Of a stretch of DNA of 64,000 nt, positions 31,160 to 46,490 are shown one piece after another. The number at the start of each line of letters is the position of its first letter. Position 1 is the first letter of the stretch. Under the pieces are notes generated by a model, which saw nothing but the letters and a program-made list of their open reading frames with translations, was not told where the DNA came from and did no database searches. Source of the DNA: Octopus vulgaris (Eukaryota); contig OX597823.1 of NCBI GenBank assembly GCA_951406725.2, positions 23,622,001-23,686,000 of the forward strand, written 5' to 3'. The position numbers and the translations under genes are program-made.

Positions 31160-31330
31160 TCTTCTCAATAGTTGATTGTGGACCTCCAAAAGACATTGCT
31201 GGTGCATCAAAGTCTTACAATACCACCACCTATAATTCTGAAGTGATCTATACTTGTCCAGGAGGAGAAAAATTAAAATCAGTATGTAAAGAAGATAATA
31301 AATGGATTCCATCTTTATCTGAATGTAAAG
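31160..31330 (+). CDS. Exon S3: Sushi/CCP domain
   Basis: ttctag acceptor, G|gtaata donor, 171 nt. VFSIVDCGPPKDIAGASKSYNTTTYNSEVIYTCPGGEKLKSVCKEDNKWIPSLSECK. Confidence 0.9.
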
Positions 31331-32644
31331 GTAATATGAATAGGTTCTCTCTTGTTGCCTTTGTATATGTAATTTTGTTTTTATATTTGTGGTAAGTGTT
31401 TTGTCAGAGGAAGAATTACTCTGTCCAAGACAATTTGTGTTATGTTTATGACTAGTGGAAGAGAAAGAGGCGGCTATCCTCATACCTGAGTCATTCATAA
31501 ATGCTTGCAAATGCGTAGAGTTCATAAAAACTACTTAAGGGACAGGTAATGGTATTAATCTGGGTGATGGATATAGTCTGCCTCACAAAAACTGTTATGA
31601 TTGGTCATTCTTTGACTAGTCATAACAATCAACCAGTGACCAAATCCACTCAGAAGGCTCTTGTTGGCCCAGGGCTATAGTGGGAGACTTGCTCAAGGTC
31701 TCATGCATTGGAATTGAACCCAGAACCATGCATTTGAGAAGCAAACTTGTTACCATGCAGCCATGCAAGCAAACTTGTTACTATTTGGGAAGCAAACCTG
31801 TTACCATTCACTCAATCCATATTTGTTGAAAAAGAACAGCTGTGAAAAAATACTCAAAGTCACTTCCTGCATGGAAAATAAATGGGAAAGTGGCTACTTA
31901 TTGAACAAAGATATTATAATTAATTGAAATTTATTAATATATACATTTTACCATTCAGTGAATGGTAAAATAATTATGTTAATGACATGTGCTGGTTATA
32001 TAATTCAGAAAAGGTGACACTTTTCTCTTCTCATCTCACTAAAAATATAATTTTGTTGAATTAAGTTGTGAATGTTCACATTTGCTACATACCTATTATC
32101 AATTATCTAAATGAAGATGAAAGTAAAAATTTTTTTTTTTTCCTAGGGAAAAGATTCCCAAATCAGTAAAGTGATGTTTCTTGCCATGACTAGACTACTC
32201 ATATTTAGTTACATTCTTTTACATTCTGGATTCAAATCCCACCAGGAGATACATCACCTTTCATGCTTCTGAGGTTGATAAAAATGCAATAGTTAAATAC
32301 TGAGTTTCATTCATTTTTGTGCCTCCTCACACTGCAAAATGTGTGACTTTGCTACCAGGAGCAATAATTATAATTATTCTTTTTGAAGGCAGAAGATAGA
32401 GAAAATCATTTGAGCATCAAGCAAAATGTTTTGTGGTATTTGTTTTGGCTCTTGAACTTCTGGGTTCAAATCTGGCTTTTGACCACTTAATCTTTCCAAG
32501 ACCAATAAGTCAAAATGCTGACAGTCAAGAGTAAAATTCTATTGTAATCAGCCAATTCCTACCTCAAAGTTTTGGCTTTCATTTTATGTCATAGAATATT
32601 ACTGTTATTATTTTTTATTGATCTGAATTTTACTTTAATTTCAG

Positions 32645-32884
32645 TCACTGAGATCTATTTTGTCAAAGTAAAAGATGCAATTCTGGATGTGTCTGGGAAA
32701 ATATTGTGGCCTAAGAAAAATGTAACAGCAGAAGCCTGTAAAAAAAAATGTCTGTCTGACAAAACTTGTTTATCATTTGAAATGAATAAAGAAAAGAGAC
32801 AATGTCACTTATTAAAGGGAAGTGCAGCTTCTAACAAGAAATTAAAGTCAGCCAAAGACACAGATTACTATCAACGAGTGAAAT
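32645..32884 (+). CDS. Exon A3: PAN/Apple-like domain (type A)
   Basis: tttcag acceptor, T|gtaatt donor, 240 nt. VTEIYFVKVKDAILDVSGKILWPKKNVTAEACKKKCLSDKTCLSFEMNKEKRQCHLLKGSAASNKKLKSAKDTDYYQRVK. Confidence 0.9.
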
Positions 32885-33849
32885 GTAATTATAATTTAGA
32901 TTTTATTATTGGGCATCTCTTTTCTATTTGTTCTGAAGTTTATGATTCCATTTATACTTCATAATCTACAGACAACCATTTCTGTAAGAACATTTAGAAT
33001 TTTACCTATGAGGAGAAATGTAAACATGTTTCTGACATAAAAAACAAAGAGAGAGAGAAACAATATTAAGAACTGTATACACTGTTAAAACATTCTGGTA
33101 CAGCATTTGTTCAACTTGAATACTTTTCTGCATATTTTCAGTTGCTGTTTCTTATTTTATGTCAGAAAGGAAACTGTTGGTCTTTTACTTAAACCTGAAT
33201 AGTAGTAGCAGTAACACTACTAGTAGTGACAGTGGCAGCAGCAGCAACAGCAGCCGTCCAAGAATTTGGACCTGGAGATCTCCATTTCCAGCGACTTCGA
33301 GGGCCACCTCCCAGTGGTGTCGGGCATCAACGAAGAGCCCTCGACAACAACAAGACGACCAAAGTTTTTTTTTTCCAAGGTCTGGGGTCTCCTGCCCCTA
33401 AGCTCTAGACCTTCACCTAATCACCCTTACCTGTCTTGTTGTTTAACAACAACAGCAGCAACAGCAGAAGTAACTACTTGGACATGATTTACTGCTGGTA
33501 CAGCACATTGTCTCACCAGGAGTTACTGTTTTACATAATATCACATACAAAATAACAAAGAAATTCCAGTCTACAGAGTCATGTATTTTTTACATTTTGA
33601 CATGGTTGTTATGGCCTTCCTATCACAACATAAAGAAAGTACATTTTCTCATGTTGCTAGAATTAAAGAAACTGTTACCAAGACTAAAGAATCACCCCAA
33701 CTTATACAAGTTTCTATTTAGAGCAGTTCCATGGCATTAAAAACATAGAAGCCAGAAAATTCGCTCAGTTTGATCTCAAGGATTTTGTGTATTCAACCTT
33801 GAAACCATAATCATTAAGGAAAATTCACTAGGTTTATTGATCTCTCATT

Positions 33850-34830
33850 AAAATATTTGTGCATGCAAGTATGTCATTACTATCATGACAGACCTTTGGG
33901 GCCAAAAAGAAAGTTGAGCCATTTCTCTGCATAACTATGAGGAAATATAACTAGGCTGGAATGATAGATATTACTATAATATTTACCTTGGGCCCCCTCA
34001 AGAACTTCAAACATGTCATAAAGAGAATGGGAATCTTGAAGTTTTATTTAAACATAAAGATTACTACTAATCAACATTCAACTAAGTGGACATTATTTTA
34101 GAATTGATGTCATGTATCTGGAAAATAAAACTCCTATATAATGCCTAACAAGGAGAATAGATACATCTATAGGAAATTTGGCTGCAATTCCCAAGCTATA
34201 ATAAGAAACTTAGTAACTGGCATTACTAAAAGTATCTTGAATTTATCTACAGATAGATGTTTTTGACAGTAACTATTCAGTATAAGGTGTTAGGTATGAT
34301 TGGCTTTTGTGAGAAGTTGATATAAACAGAGGATCCTCCACTCCCAAATCCAAAGAGAATTAGAAAGAGAATAACTTGATTTTGTTCTTCCTTTAATGTA
34401 ACTGTCTGCATGAACATTACAAGAGAAGTTTTGTCCTATTTTACACAACATTTCTGAGCTATACATAAGTACCACGAGCTTCTGAATGTGCATTAAGTTA
34501 AGGTTCATTACTCCCATCTTAATAATATGATTCCACCAGTGTATGTTACCAGAGGCAAACTTTTCTGTCATCTGGCCTTTGTCCCAGACAACCACATGAA
34601 ATTGCCAAAATCTATCTATTTCTTCTCTGAGAGAATTCTGCTATTATTAGACAATGGTTTCTGAGTAACCTTCACACTCCACCAGATGATTTCCTAATAA
34701 ATTAAAAGGGGTGCAGTCAAGGAAAGTTTTATTCAGCAGATATTCTACTTCAAGTTGATAAACAGGAAAAATTCCACCTACCTGTCATATTCTATTTGGA
34801 AACTTGTGAACCATGGAAAAGATTTGTTCA
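33850..34830 (+). mobile_element. Decayed Penelope-like relic, paralog of 10100-11100
   Basis: Shared stretches such as tggcattactaaaag..., atcctcca.ctc..aa.cc...agaattagaaaga.aataactt.att, tgagagaattctgc. Confidence 0.55.
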
Positions 34831-35509
34831 GTATAGCCTCAAGCTTACACCCCGAATGCATTAGACAAGAGAAAACCCTTACATATACATACACAAGAGG
34901 AATGTTTGAGTTTATATGCATGCAAATAAATATGTATAAAGCTTAGTATGTATGAAATAATGCATGCAATGCATACTTTCCTGTGCATGCATATATTGCA
35001 TGTGAGATTTTCTAGTGTTTCACTCTTGAACTGACAAATTCAAATGCATAAATTCATACATATGTACAGGAATACATGCATGCATGGATCCCAGCAACCT
35101 CTGGAACTGCAAAAAATCTGTAAAACTTTCCAGAAATAAGTATATATGAGCATGTGTACACATGCAACTATATGCATGACAATACATACATAAAACAACA
35201 CATAGAAATCTGCACAAGCAGGTGTGGATGTGTAGTAAGAGGCTTACTTCCCAACCACATGGCTTCAGGTCCAGTCCCACTGTGTGACACCTTGGGCAAA
35301 TGTCCAAAGCCTTGTGAATGGATTTGCTAGAGGAAAGCGGGAAGAAGCCCATTGTATGTATATATATCATCATCATCATCATCATCGTTTAACGTCCGCT
35401 TTCCATGCTAGCATGGGTTGGACGGTTCAACTGGGGTCTGGGAAGCCCGAAGGCTGCACCAGGCCAGTCAGATGTGGCAGTGTTTCTACAGCTGGATGCC
35501 CTTCCTAAC

Positions 35510-35559
<50 letters not shown>

Positions 35560-35569
<10 letters not shown>

Positions 35570-36245
35570 CTTAAATGAGATGGTGTGCCCATATTGTTCA
35601 AATGGTGGATGAATGCACACCCAAACAATTGTTTTATGGTGAGCTTGCAGAGGGGAAACACTATTGCTGTAAACCTAAAAAAAGGTTCAAGGATGGCATA
35701 AGGACTACCATGAGGTCACTTGGAATGGATCCAGAGGACATAGAAACCCATGCTTCAGATCGTGCTGGATGGCAAACTAAAGTGTGGAGTGGAGTGAAGG
35801 CATTTGAAGAGGCCAGGACAATGCATGCAAGATTCAAGAGAAATTCAAAGAAGAATCTTATGATCAAGAAGGTGAATCACACTGACCTTATGTGCACAGT
35901 TTGTGTGACAGACCATGCCTTTCTTTTGCTGGTTTCAAATCTCATTTGCGAACCTATGGAAAATGAACTTCCACCAACTATTCTGCCTATGTGTCTGTGC
36001 ACACCTTTCGATGCAATGTATGCCAGAAGGTCTGCAAATCTAATGGTGGCCTCAAAAACATTTTTAGATCCACAAATATCAGAACTTAACTGCAGCTCTA
36101 GGTGATCCAAATCAGATATGCAATCTATGTGGGTGTCTTTTCAAAACATTGTCTGGTTTAAAAAGCCACATTAGATGCCATGATGGTTCTAAGGTGTAGG
36201 TACAGAAAGTGGTTAGTCTCTGCATAGGGAGTAGACAACCACCAT
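35560..36245 (+). mobile_element. RTE/BovB-like LINE 3' fragment
   Basis: ORF 35575-36105 contains RWCAHIVQM...PKQLFYGELAEGK...PKKRFKD...ASDRAGW, a typical RTE C-terminus. Flanked by SINE pieces (35210-35512, 36300-36450). Confidence 0.75.
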
Positions 36246-39233
36246 ATATATACACATACACATATTTATCTATGTGTGTGACTGGAAGGAGCCTGTTGTA
36301 TATCATTATCGTCATTTAATGTTTGCTTTCCATGTTATCATAGGCTGGATGGTTTGACTGAGGGCTGGCAAGCCAGAAGTTTGCACCAGACTCCAATTTG
36401 ATCCATCAAAGTTTCTACAGCATGATTGCCCTTCTTAATACCAACCATTCCAAGAGGGGCCTAATAACTGAGTTCCACTGAATTCTTGCCTGAACATAAA
36501 ATTTGTTGCTAACATTTACCTTACTAACAGCACCCCTGTACAAAGCTTGGATGGATCTTAGCAACCATTTATCTAACCCTAGATTTCTCAGCAATCACCG
36601 TATAAGACAGAGAAAATACCAAGTTTATGCCGACAAGCACCAAGTACTATTGGATATATTTTGCTACGTACTTCTCCTGCTGTTGCCTTACAAAGAAGAT
36701 ACCGTTGGTAATGCTTCTCCCTGGCATAAAATGAAACTGCTTCTTATCTAAGCTAACTCTTTTCTTAGTTGTATCTGTAGCTTTCATGTAATTCTTTCTA
36801 ACTGGTCTGACAATCTAATACCATTCTCATTATTTCTGTCTAAGGCATCTGCCTTCTTCTGTCTAAGGCATTATTTCTGTCTAAGGCATCTAAGGCATTA
36901 TTTCAGTCCAAGGTCCACCAATGAATTACCTGATAGTTCAGATAACTGGTACCTTTATGGGTCCACATTAGGAGAACTTGCCTTTTCTCATGCATTCTCC
37001 ACATTTGGCACTTTCATGTCTCTTTCTTTTTCAGAAACACTCAGTACAAGTGTACCATCATTGCTACCAGGGCAAATAGCCAGTTCATGATAAACATTGC
37101 TGGAGTAGAAGTGCTGTTAGCCATGCAAATCCAAGATACATGGAATGTGATGAAACTGTTTTGCATGCACTTGACCAGTGCCTCAGCATTGCTAACTTGT
37201 AGAGTCAGTTCAATCTGACTACCAGCTAAATCCATTGGGAAGATCATCCTTGTCTTCCTTTAGTTGGAAAGAATAAGCAATCATCTGCAGTCTGGTGGCT
37301 TTAGCAAAAGAAGTTTGTGTGGTGGACCAGATTGAAAAGCGCTGAAGACTTGATACATTCCTTTTTGGTTAAGCCCTCATTATATTTTTCAAGTTGAGAA
37401 GAAACGGAATGTAGTGCCACCTCCCAGTTAATTATTTGAAAGGTGATGACAAACATCAACTGACTGTACTAGCCCTGAGCATGGACTTGTAGGTTGAAAA
37501 AGGATAACTGGGAGAGTGCACTAACATTAGTGGTCAGGATGATCATGATTTAGTAGGGTTTCCAGGAGTAACCCTTGAAAGTCTCTCATTCATTGAAGAA
37601 TTGATTTACTTTGCTTAAAATTTTTTTCTCCTTTTTTTTTGTTATTTTGCATGTTGCATTCACTTTTATGTTATCCCACTTTATATTTTAATCTACAATT
37701 TTTTATCTAATCTCATTCACAAATACATCGATGGGTGGATGGAAGAAGGAATAATAATAATAACTTATAGAAAGATTTTTCAATGAAAGTGAAATAACTT
37801 TATAAAAACAGCCATGGATGTTATCATTCTTAAAAAATTAGTTCGAACAACAAGAAAAGTAGATATAATTAAACAATTGAAATGAAATAACAACTTAGAC
37901 TGTGTTTTGTTAATAAAAACTATAATGATGATGCTGGCGGTGGTGGTAGTGGTGGTGCAATTATTTATTGTTGGCTCACTTGAAAATACATGTGTTTATA
38001 ATCCACTCTAAATTTGTTCTCTATTTATAACCCCAGGTCGAATGCAAGGTAATGAAGTTATAGGGAACAAATTTAGAGTAGGTTTTAAGTATTTGATATC
38101 TACTTTTAGCATATAGGTGCTTAATTATAATTATATTTTTATAAGTATATATTTAAAATATATATGACAGATGATATAAGTTAACTAGAATAAAAATAAG
38201 ACAGGATAGGCAATGATGTACAGAGAAGCAGGGGGTTGAATCACTAAAACAAGCTAAGAGCATCAAAGAGTATAGAGTGAGTATTTAGAACAGATATGGG
38301 AAAGTGTTCAAGATAGAATCTAAAATGAAAATGAGAGAAAACATTAAAAAATCTGTAAACATATGGTTGAAAGTTACAATATGAACATTCTTTGTAATCA
38401 CTGTAAAGATCTTAGATTTGTAAATGAACTTCTCAGCCGCTGAGAGAATAGAAAAGTCACATTCCTTCAATTACAGCCTTATCCAGAAGAACTGAAAGGT
38501 ATTTTTAATATACTGCTGAATATATAATTTATAAAGGAATACTAATCTTTTTGGTTCTGTATAAACTTGCAACATTCTAAAAAAATACTGTACTTACTAT
38601 GGAATTTCCACAGGTACTGTGAGTTGTTATTAATATTATTTTAAAGATATTTTAAAAATATTATATAATCATGTAGAAGTACAAGGTAAATGAAATTTTG
38701 AATAAAATATGAGATGCGCAGTTATTAAAATGGACAATTTATTATAATAGAATGATCCATCCACAAAATAATTTTTCAGTGCAAACCACTTTTCTCAGAA
38801 TAAATGTGAATTTGATTACATCATAAGTCACACTCAAACCTTTGTCTGCATGTTTTTATTTTGAATAATCTATTTAGACATTCTTCTGATGGTGTACTTT
38901 CATTTAAGATTTCATGGCTGTAACAACAAACCTTTTGTTTGACTACATGTTAAAGGGAGTTTTTACCCTACAAAAGCATACTATCAGGTTAGTGATGTAC
39001 AAAGAATTATTTGCAGCCTAGACATGTGAGTCTTAAAGATGTTCTGAAACTCATGTGAATTGTTTTGCAACTAGTGTATCATTTTGTGAATTAACTGTTT
39101 ATGCATAATATACTGTCCTTTTATAAAATTATGTACTCCATGCTTTATAACATTTAATAAACTTATGTGTCTTTGTGTGTGTGTGTGCATGTCTGCATAT
39201 AAAATGTATTTCTTTTCTTTTCTTTTCTTCTAG

Positions 39234-39467
39234 CTAATGATGAAAATTCTATGCTTAAACAAGTTAGCATACCAATGAAGGATACTGTAGGACAACATAC
39301 AAATAAGACCTTAATGGAGTGCGATGAAGCTTGCTACCAATATCAAGGATGTAATTCTTATCAGTACAACGAGAAAAATAAAGCATGTGTTTTGAGTAAA
39401 ATAACTCAGTTGACTCATGAACTTAAACCCAACAGTAACAATTGGGATACATACATAGTTAACCCTG
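39234..39467 (+). CDS. Exon B4: PAN/Apple-like domain (type B)
   Basis: ttctag acceptor, G|gttagt donor, 234 nt. NDENSMLKQVSIPMKDTVGQHTNKTLMECDEACYQYQGCNSYQYNEKNKACVLSKITQLTHELKPNSNNWDTYIVNP. Confidence 0.9.
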
Positions 39468-39643
39468 GTTAGTAGAGCATTTTCATCTTATTTACTGTGT
39501 GCATGTGTGTGTATAAGAACTGCAATGCTGCATGACAGGGAGACATGGGCCTTGAACACAGAAGACATGAAAAGACTGGAAAGAAATGAATCAAGCATGC
39601 TCTATTTGATATGCAAATTTAAGTGTGCATGTATGACGTAGTA

Positions 39644-39895
39644 TTGGGTTGGTGCATAATTATTGCGGCTTTTTTTCAACAAATTTTATTCAACAAAAAC
39701 AACAACAGCATGTAACAAAAACATCTTTAAATGATTATTCCGGAGCATATTCACCACCTACTTCAATTACTGCTTCTTATTTGCTTGGGAGGCCGTCAGA
39801 CAGTCCTTTAAAGATGTTTTTGTTAAATATTGTTCTTGTTTTTGTTGAATAAGAATCGTTGATAAAAAAGCTGCAATAATTATGCACCAGTCCAA
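39644..39895. mobile_element. Mariner-derived MITE (252 bp) nested in an RTE relic (about 39500-40170)
   Basis: About 90-bp imperfect TIRs beginning ttgggttggtgcataattattgcggctttt / aaaagctgcaataattatgcaccagtccaa, with TA on both sides. The TIR resembles the Hsmar1/MADE1 type. Confidence 0.85.
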
Positions 39896-40215
39896 TATAA
39901 ATGTGCTGAATGCAAAACTGGGTTTAAAGTGAAATCAGATGTAGCATACAAGAAAGAAGACTGGTGTATGGATATGCTATGCATATGGATGAATACAGCT
40001 GTATAGTGCAGTGCTGATAACTAAATATGGGAGGAGCTTGTGAATGAGGGAGATCTATGAAAAACTGGGACAGAGTACTGAAGGCTAACCTCAGGACCCT
40101 GAATCTCAAATAAAAGATGACACAGGACTGCAATGTCTAGCAATATGTGGTTGTTAAGATGACTTGCCTGTCACTGTACAACTGATTTCTTGAACCACTG
40201 TGCTTTTATATATAC

Positions 40216-40289
<74 letters not shown>

Positions 40290-40360
40290 GAGGGTGAAAA
40301 ATCGATATTAATTTAATAATATAATTTAACACCAAGTGGCTTAGCACAAAAACTACGGAG

Positions 40361-40400
<40 letters not shown>

Positions 40401-40402
40401 CA

Positions 40403-40800
40403 TAGGAGTGGCTGTGTGGCTGTGTGGTAAGTAGCTTGCTAACCAACCACATGGTTCTGGGTTTAGTCCCACTGTGTGGCATCTTGGGCAAGTGTCTTCT
40501 GCTATAGCCCCAGGCTGACCAATGCCTTGTGAGTGGATTTGGTAGATGGAAACTGAAAGAAGCCTGTCGTATATATGTATATATATGTATGTGTGTTTTG
40601 TGTGTCTGTGTTTGTCCCCCTAGCATTGCTTGACAACCGATGCTGGTGTGTTTACGTCCCCGTCACTTTGTGGTCGGCAAAAAGAGACCGATAGAATAAG
40701 TACTGGGCTTACAAAAAATAAGTCCCGGGGTCGATTTGCTCGACTAAAGGTGGTGCTCCAGCATGGCTGCAGTCAAATGACTGAAACAAGTAAAAGAGTA
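40403..40800 (+). mobile_element. tRNA-derived SINE, full length
   Basis: Pol III box-like head, internal microsatellite, 3' ggtgctccagcatggctgcagtcaaatgactgaaacaagtaaaagag. Embedded in (TA)n. Confidence 0.85.
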
Positions 40801-42100
40801 TATATATATATATATTTGTGTGTGTGTATGTGTTCGTGTGTATGGGTACAAATATGCACCTCACTCATCTCCTTCTCATATTGCTCTTCCCCTACATCTC
40901 CCCCAACAAATCTCTATTCCTCCTTAAACCTGATATCATGTTTCCACCTTGCTCCCGGAAAACATCTCTCTACATCTACACATTACACAGGTTATCCTCC
41001 CCCTCCCCCGCTCCTCACTGAACCATCATATTATCCCTCCTCATGTCCTAAATGTCCCGCTCCCTTCCTTCAGCTTCTTCAGCCATTTGTAATCACTTCT
41101 TTGTCCCCTCTCTATCAATTCTATCATCATTACTATCATGTGGCTGCTTTCCCCTGCACACTTCTTGCATCCCTCTTCTTTCCCTAACTCATGTATTATT
41201 AGCCATCCTCCTTTCCTCTCGTTCAAAAGTCCTAACATTCACCCTTCACCACTACCCAATTTTACAGATGTTGCCTACTAGCTCTCACCCATTGCCTCAC
41301 TATGCAACTGTTGCAACTCTCACAGACTCACAGTCCTAGTTTCTTTGTTCTCACTCACTTTTACTCATCTTGGAAATAAGGTACCACATAAATACCTTTT
41401 CATTACTATTTATTTATTTATTTTTTTAGCTTCTAGTGATTCACTCTCACACTCTCCCCTAAATGTGAGTAACCATATAGCTTCTCTACATCAAGTATCT
41501 GCTCTGCTCCATTCTTTTCTCCTATATTAGCCATCATCTTCTAGCATAAAGCTATTATAAGAGTTCTTTAGAATTTGCAGTCTTACAAGCTGCATGGCAA
41601 CTTTACTAGTGGCACAAGAAAAACACCTTCTACATATTGTAAAGTGGATGGTGTTTGGAAGGGCATCCAGTCATGGAAACCTTAGCAAAGCAGACACTGG
41701 AACACAATGCAGTCCTTTGACCCTCTGGATCCTATCAAACTGTTAAACCAATGCCAGCATAGAACATGAATATCAAATGATGATGATGTGTATGTAAGTG
41801 TGAAGTGTAGTGTGCGCACACATACACACATTATGAGAGAAAATGTATGGGCATGAACTTTGTACTCTTTTATTACATCTGTTTGCAAGGAAATGCAGTA
41901 TATGAATATTACCTTTGGAATATACCCACATGAAGCAAAGACCATACTTTAAGTAGATGGTACAGAAATATAATGCCCTCATCAATAAGATGGGATGACT
42001 AGCATTCCCCTTTGAGAACAAACCTAATAAACACTCAAGTTCAACCTAGGTAGTTCTACATATGAAGGGTATGTATATGTATGTATATATATATGAATGC

Positions 42101-42150
<50 letters not shown>

Positions 42151-42214
42151 GTATGTATATATATATATATATATATGAATGTATATATATATATATATAT
42201 ATGATTGATTGATT

Positions 42215-42830
42215 GATTCTAGTTTCAGCTCACGAGCTGTGGCCATGCTGGGGCACCGCCATTTGGTGTTGCTACATGGTTTTACTTCACGAATGCTTTT
42301 TAGCAACTGCCATTTGGTGAATGAGAGAGTTCGATGCAGCTGCCCTCATCTGCACCTCCTGCCGTGAAGTTGGTTCATCTGGGATACCTGACAAGAAGAG
42401 ATCCAGTTTCATTTTAAAGACATCTGCATCCACCCCATGCAGGTCTCTTAGGTTCTTTGGGAGGATATTGAAGAGCTGTAGGCCTCGGAAGCCCAGGCTA
42501 TCACAGTATCTTGTCCTACATCTTGATCGCAAATTTGGAGTCCTTGGCACCATGCAGTGGCGCCCAGTTCTGGCATTTGTGTAATTCTCAATGCCAAAGT
42601 TTGGGACAAGTCCTTCCAAGATCTTCCAGATGTATATTATGGCATATCTTTCTCGCCTACACTCCAAGGAATAGAGTTTTAATCTCTTGAGTCTTTCCCA
42701 GTAGCTTATATTCTGCACAGAGGCTATCTTCTTCGTGTAGCTACGTTGGATCGCCTCAAGTTCTGTGATCAACTTGACACTGGATGGTGACCATAGCTGA
42801 GAGCAATAGTCAAAGTGAACTGCATGCTAT
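42215..42830 (-). mobile_element. LINE 3' fragment (APE-type, CR1/L2/I-related; clade uncertain)
   Basis: ORF 42287-42772 contains LEAIQRSYTKKI...YWERLKRLKLYSLECRRERY...FKMKLDLFL. (ATCA)n-like tail. Confidence 0.8.
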
Positions 42831-43044
42831 TCTTTTCAGCCCACTTGTATATTTGTCCAGCTCACATTGCAGCCATTTAGTGTATATATATATATATATG
42901 TATGTATGTATGTGTGTGTATATTTATGTATGTGTGTATATATTTATGTATGTATGTGTGTATATATTTATGTATGTATGTGTGTATATATTTATGTATG
43001 AATGTGTGTATATATTTATGTATGTATATGTATATATATGTATG

Positions 43045-43087
<43 letters not shown>

Positions 43088-43248
43088 ATATATATGTATG
43101 TATGTATGTATATATATATGTATGTATGTATGTATATATATATGTATGTATGTATATATATATATGTATGTATGTATATATATATATGTATGTATGTATG
43201 TATATATATATGTATGTATGTATGTATATATATATGTATATATGAGTG

Positions 43249-43283
<35 letters not shown>

Positions 43284-43325
43284 GTATATATATATATGTA
43301 TGTATATATATATATGTATGTATGT

Positions 43326-43366
<41 letters not shown>

Positions 43367-43375
43367 TATATATAT

Positions 43376-43926
<551 letters not shown>

Positions 43927-44020
43927 TATATACATATATATATATACATATACATATATATATACATATATATATATATATACATATATATATACACATA
44001 TATATATGTATATATATATG

Positions 44021-44056
<36 letters not shown>

Positions 44057-44194
44057 ATATATATATGTATATATATGTATATATATATGTATATATATAT
44101 GTATATATATATGTATATATATATGTATATATATATATATGTATATATATATGTATATATATATATGTATATATATGTATATATATATATGTAT

Positions 44195-44764
44195 AACAAT
44201 ACAAGGTATCATAAAAGTTGAAGCACCTCAAAGGGCAATCACAAAAAAGATAGATGGCATGACAGGCCTCAACTATTGGGGTCGACTAGAAAAGCTAAAA
44301 CTTTATTCTCTCCAACGTCGTCGTGAGCGCTACATCCTCTGCATGATGTGGAAAATATTCCATCAGCATTGCCCAAATGATGTTGGCATCACCTTTAAGG
44401 TACATCCAAGGCTTGGGCCCCGTGCCATCCGCCCAAAACAAAAATCGCACTCTCATCTCATAACAACAATACGGCACAATTATTTCACCTCAATTGGCCC
44501 CGCTCTCTTTAACATTACACCAAAACACATTAAAACAGAAACTGACCCTATAGGGTTCAAGAAGTCTTTGGACAGATTCCTTCAAGAAATCCCGGATAAA
44601 CCCCCTACACCCGGATATGTCTCTGTAAACAATAACTCTCTACTTGAGTGGGCCATAGTGCCCAAATTCTGACTTGAAAGACTTCACCAGGTGGTGCTAT
44701 TAAGTTAGACATGGTCTGGGCCAATAATGGCCGAAACCTATCAAAGTATCAAAGTATCAAAGTA
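44195..44764 (+). mobile_element. LINE 3' fragment (related subfamily) with (tatcaaag)n tail
   Basis: Encodes [39 protein letters not shown]...[16 protein letters not shown], followed by a tandem 8-bp tail. Confidence 0.8.
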
Positions 44765-44792
44765 TATATGTATATATATATGTATATATATG

Positions 44793-44847
<55 letters not shown>

Positions 44848-44869
44848 TATTTTTTATTTTTTATTTTAT

Positions 44870-46192
44870 CTAGTTTCAGCTCACGAGCTGTGGCCATGCT
44901 GGGGCACCGCCATATTTTTTTTTCTAGTTTCAGCTCAGAGCTACACTGTTATTACGAAGAACCTCACCTAATATGTGGCACTTGGTGAAGAATGGAGTTT
45001 GATACAGCTACTCTCATTTGCACCACTTGCCGTGAGGTAGGTTCATCTGGGACTCTTAAAAACTGCTACATCTACTTTGTGCAAGTTCCTCAGACTCTTT
45101 GGGAGAATATTAAAAAGCTGTGAGCACTTGAAACCCAGGCTGTTGCAGAAGCTGGTCCTGAAGCGTGATGGCATTGCTGGGATCTTTGGCACAATGCAGT
45201 GTCGTCCCGTTCTAGCATTGGTGTAGCTTATAATGCCGAAATTTGGCACAATTCCTTCCAGGATCTTCCAGACATATATTACTGCATACCTCTTCCGTCT
45301 TCTCTCCAGGGAGTAGAGTCTTAGCTGTTTCAACCTTTCCCAGTAGCTGAGCTGTTGCAAAGAGACGATCTTCTTTGTGAATCTTCTCTGGATTGCTTCA
45401 AAGTCCGCTGTTAATTTTACACTGGTGGGTGACCATAACTGTGAGCAGTAATCCAGGCGACTGAGGATGAATGTCCGCCAGAGGACCATCATGGTTTCCT
45501 TATCTCTGGTTCTGAATGTTCTTAGGATCCACCCAGCCAGTCGTCTGCACTTTGTCGCCATCCTGGTAATGTGCACTTGGAAAGAGGTATCATCACTCAT
45601 GTCGATACCCAGGTCCCTCACAGACTTAGGCTCTGGGATTGAAATTCCCTGTGGACCAGTGTATCCTGTAAGTTTAATATTCAGTTTTGGATGCTGGTAG
45701 CGCAGGGCCTGGAATTTTTCAGCATTAAACTGCATATTATTATCCTCAGCTCATCTGTAGATTGAGTCCAACTCCTGCTGCAGGTGTGCAACATCGCTGG
45801 GGTTCTGTATTTTCTGCGAGACTTTCGTATCGTCTGCATAGCTGGCCAGAGTGGCTATCTGGGTATTTGAGGGCATATCTGAGAGGGCCACTATAAAAAG
45901 TAGTGGTCCCAAGACAGTGCCCTGTGGAACACCGCTTACTATTTGTGTGTTCATAGAGGTGGCTCCATTAACCACTACTGCCTGACTCCTATCTTTCAGG
46001 AAGTCATGCAACCACACTCCAAGTTTTCCAGCTATGCCGAGGTCACGTAGTTTGTGGCATATCATACCATGATCCACCTTGTCAAAAGCTTTTGCAAAAT
46101 CAAGGTAGATTACATCCACATTTGATTTGTTGAGTAACTGCCTCAACACCCAGTCATAATGCTGTAAGAGCTGGGTCAGGCATCTCCTACCT
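44870..46192 (-). mobile_element. 5'-truncated LINE with reverse transcriptase
   Basis: ORFs 45751-46149 (YLDFAKAFDKVDH, GVPQGTVLGPLLF, YADD) and 45043-45735. Same family as 42215-42830. Confidence 0.88.
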
Positions 46193-46193
46193 G

Positions 46194-46265
<72 letters not shown>

Positions 46266-46490
46266 TGTATATATACCTAATGTAGGATAAAAAATTTTTT
46301 CAGGAAAAAAATTTTATCAATGGCCAGCATATCAAAAAATACCTTTAAAGGTTAAATTTATAAATAATTTACAAGATAAGGGCAAAAGAAAAATTCTAAT
46401 GCCAAATATGCCGAAACAAAAAATTGTCGATAACCATTATAATTTATGCGTCTCGAAACAAACCGATAGAAATCTCTAAAAAATTCGTTA

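Noticed and set aside
36460-37480. Possible LTR-retrotransposon gag/protease relic on the minus strand
   Set aside because: Only a vague Cys-x2-Cys remnant; no LTRs or clear motifs identified.
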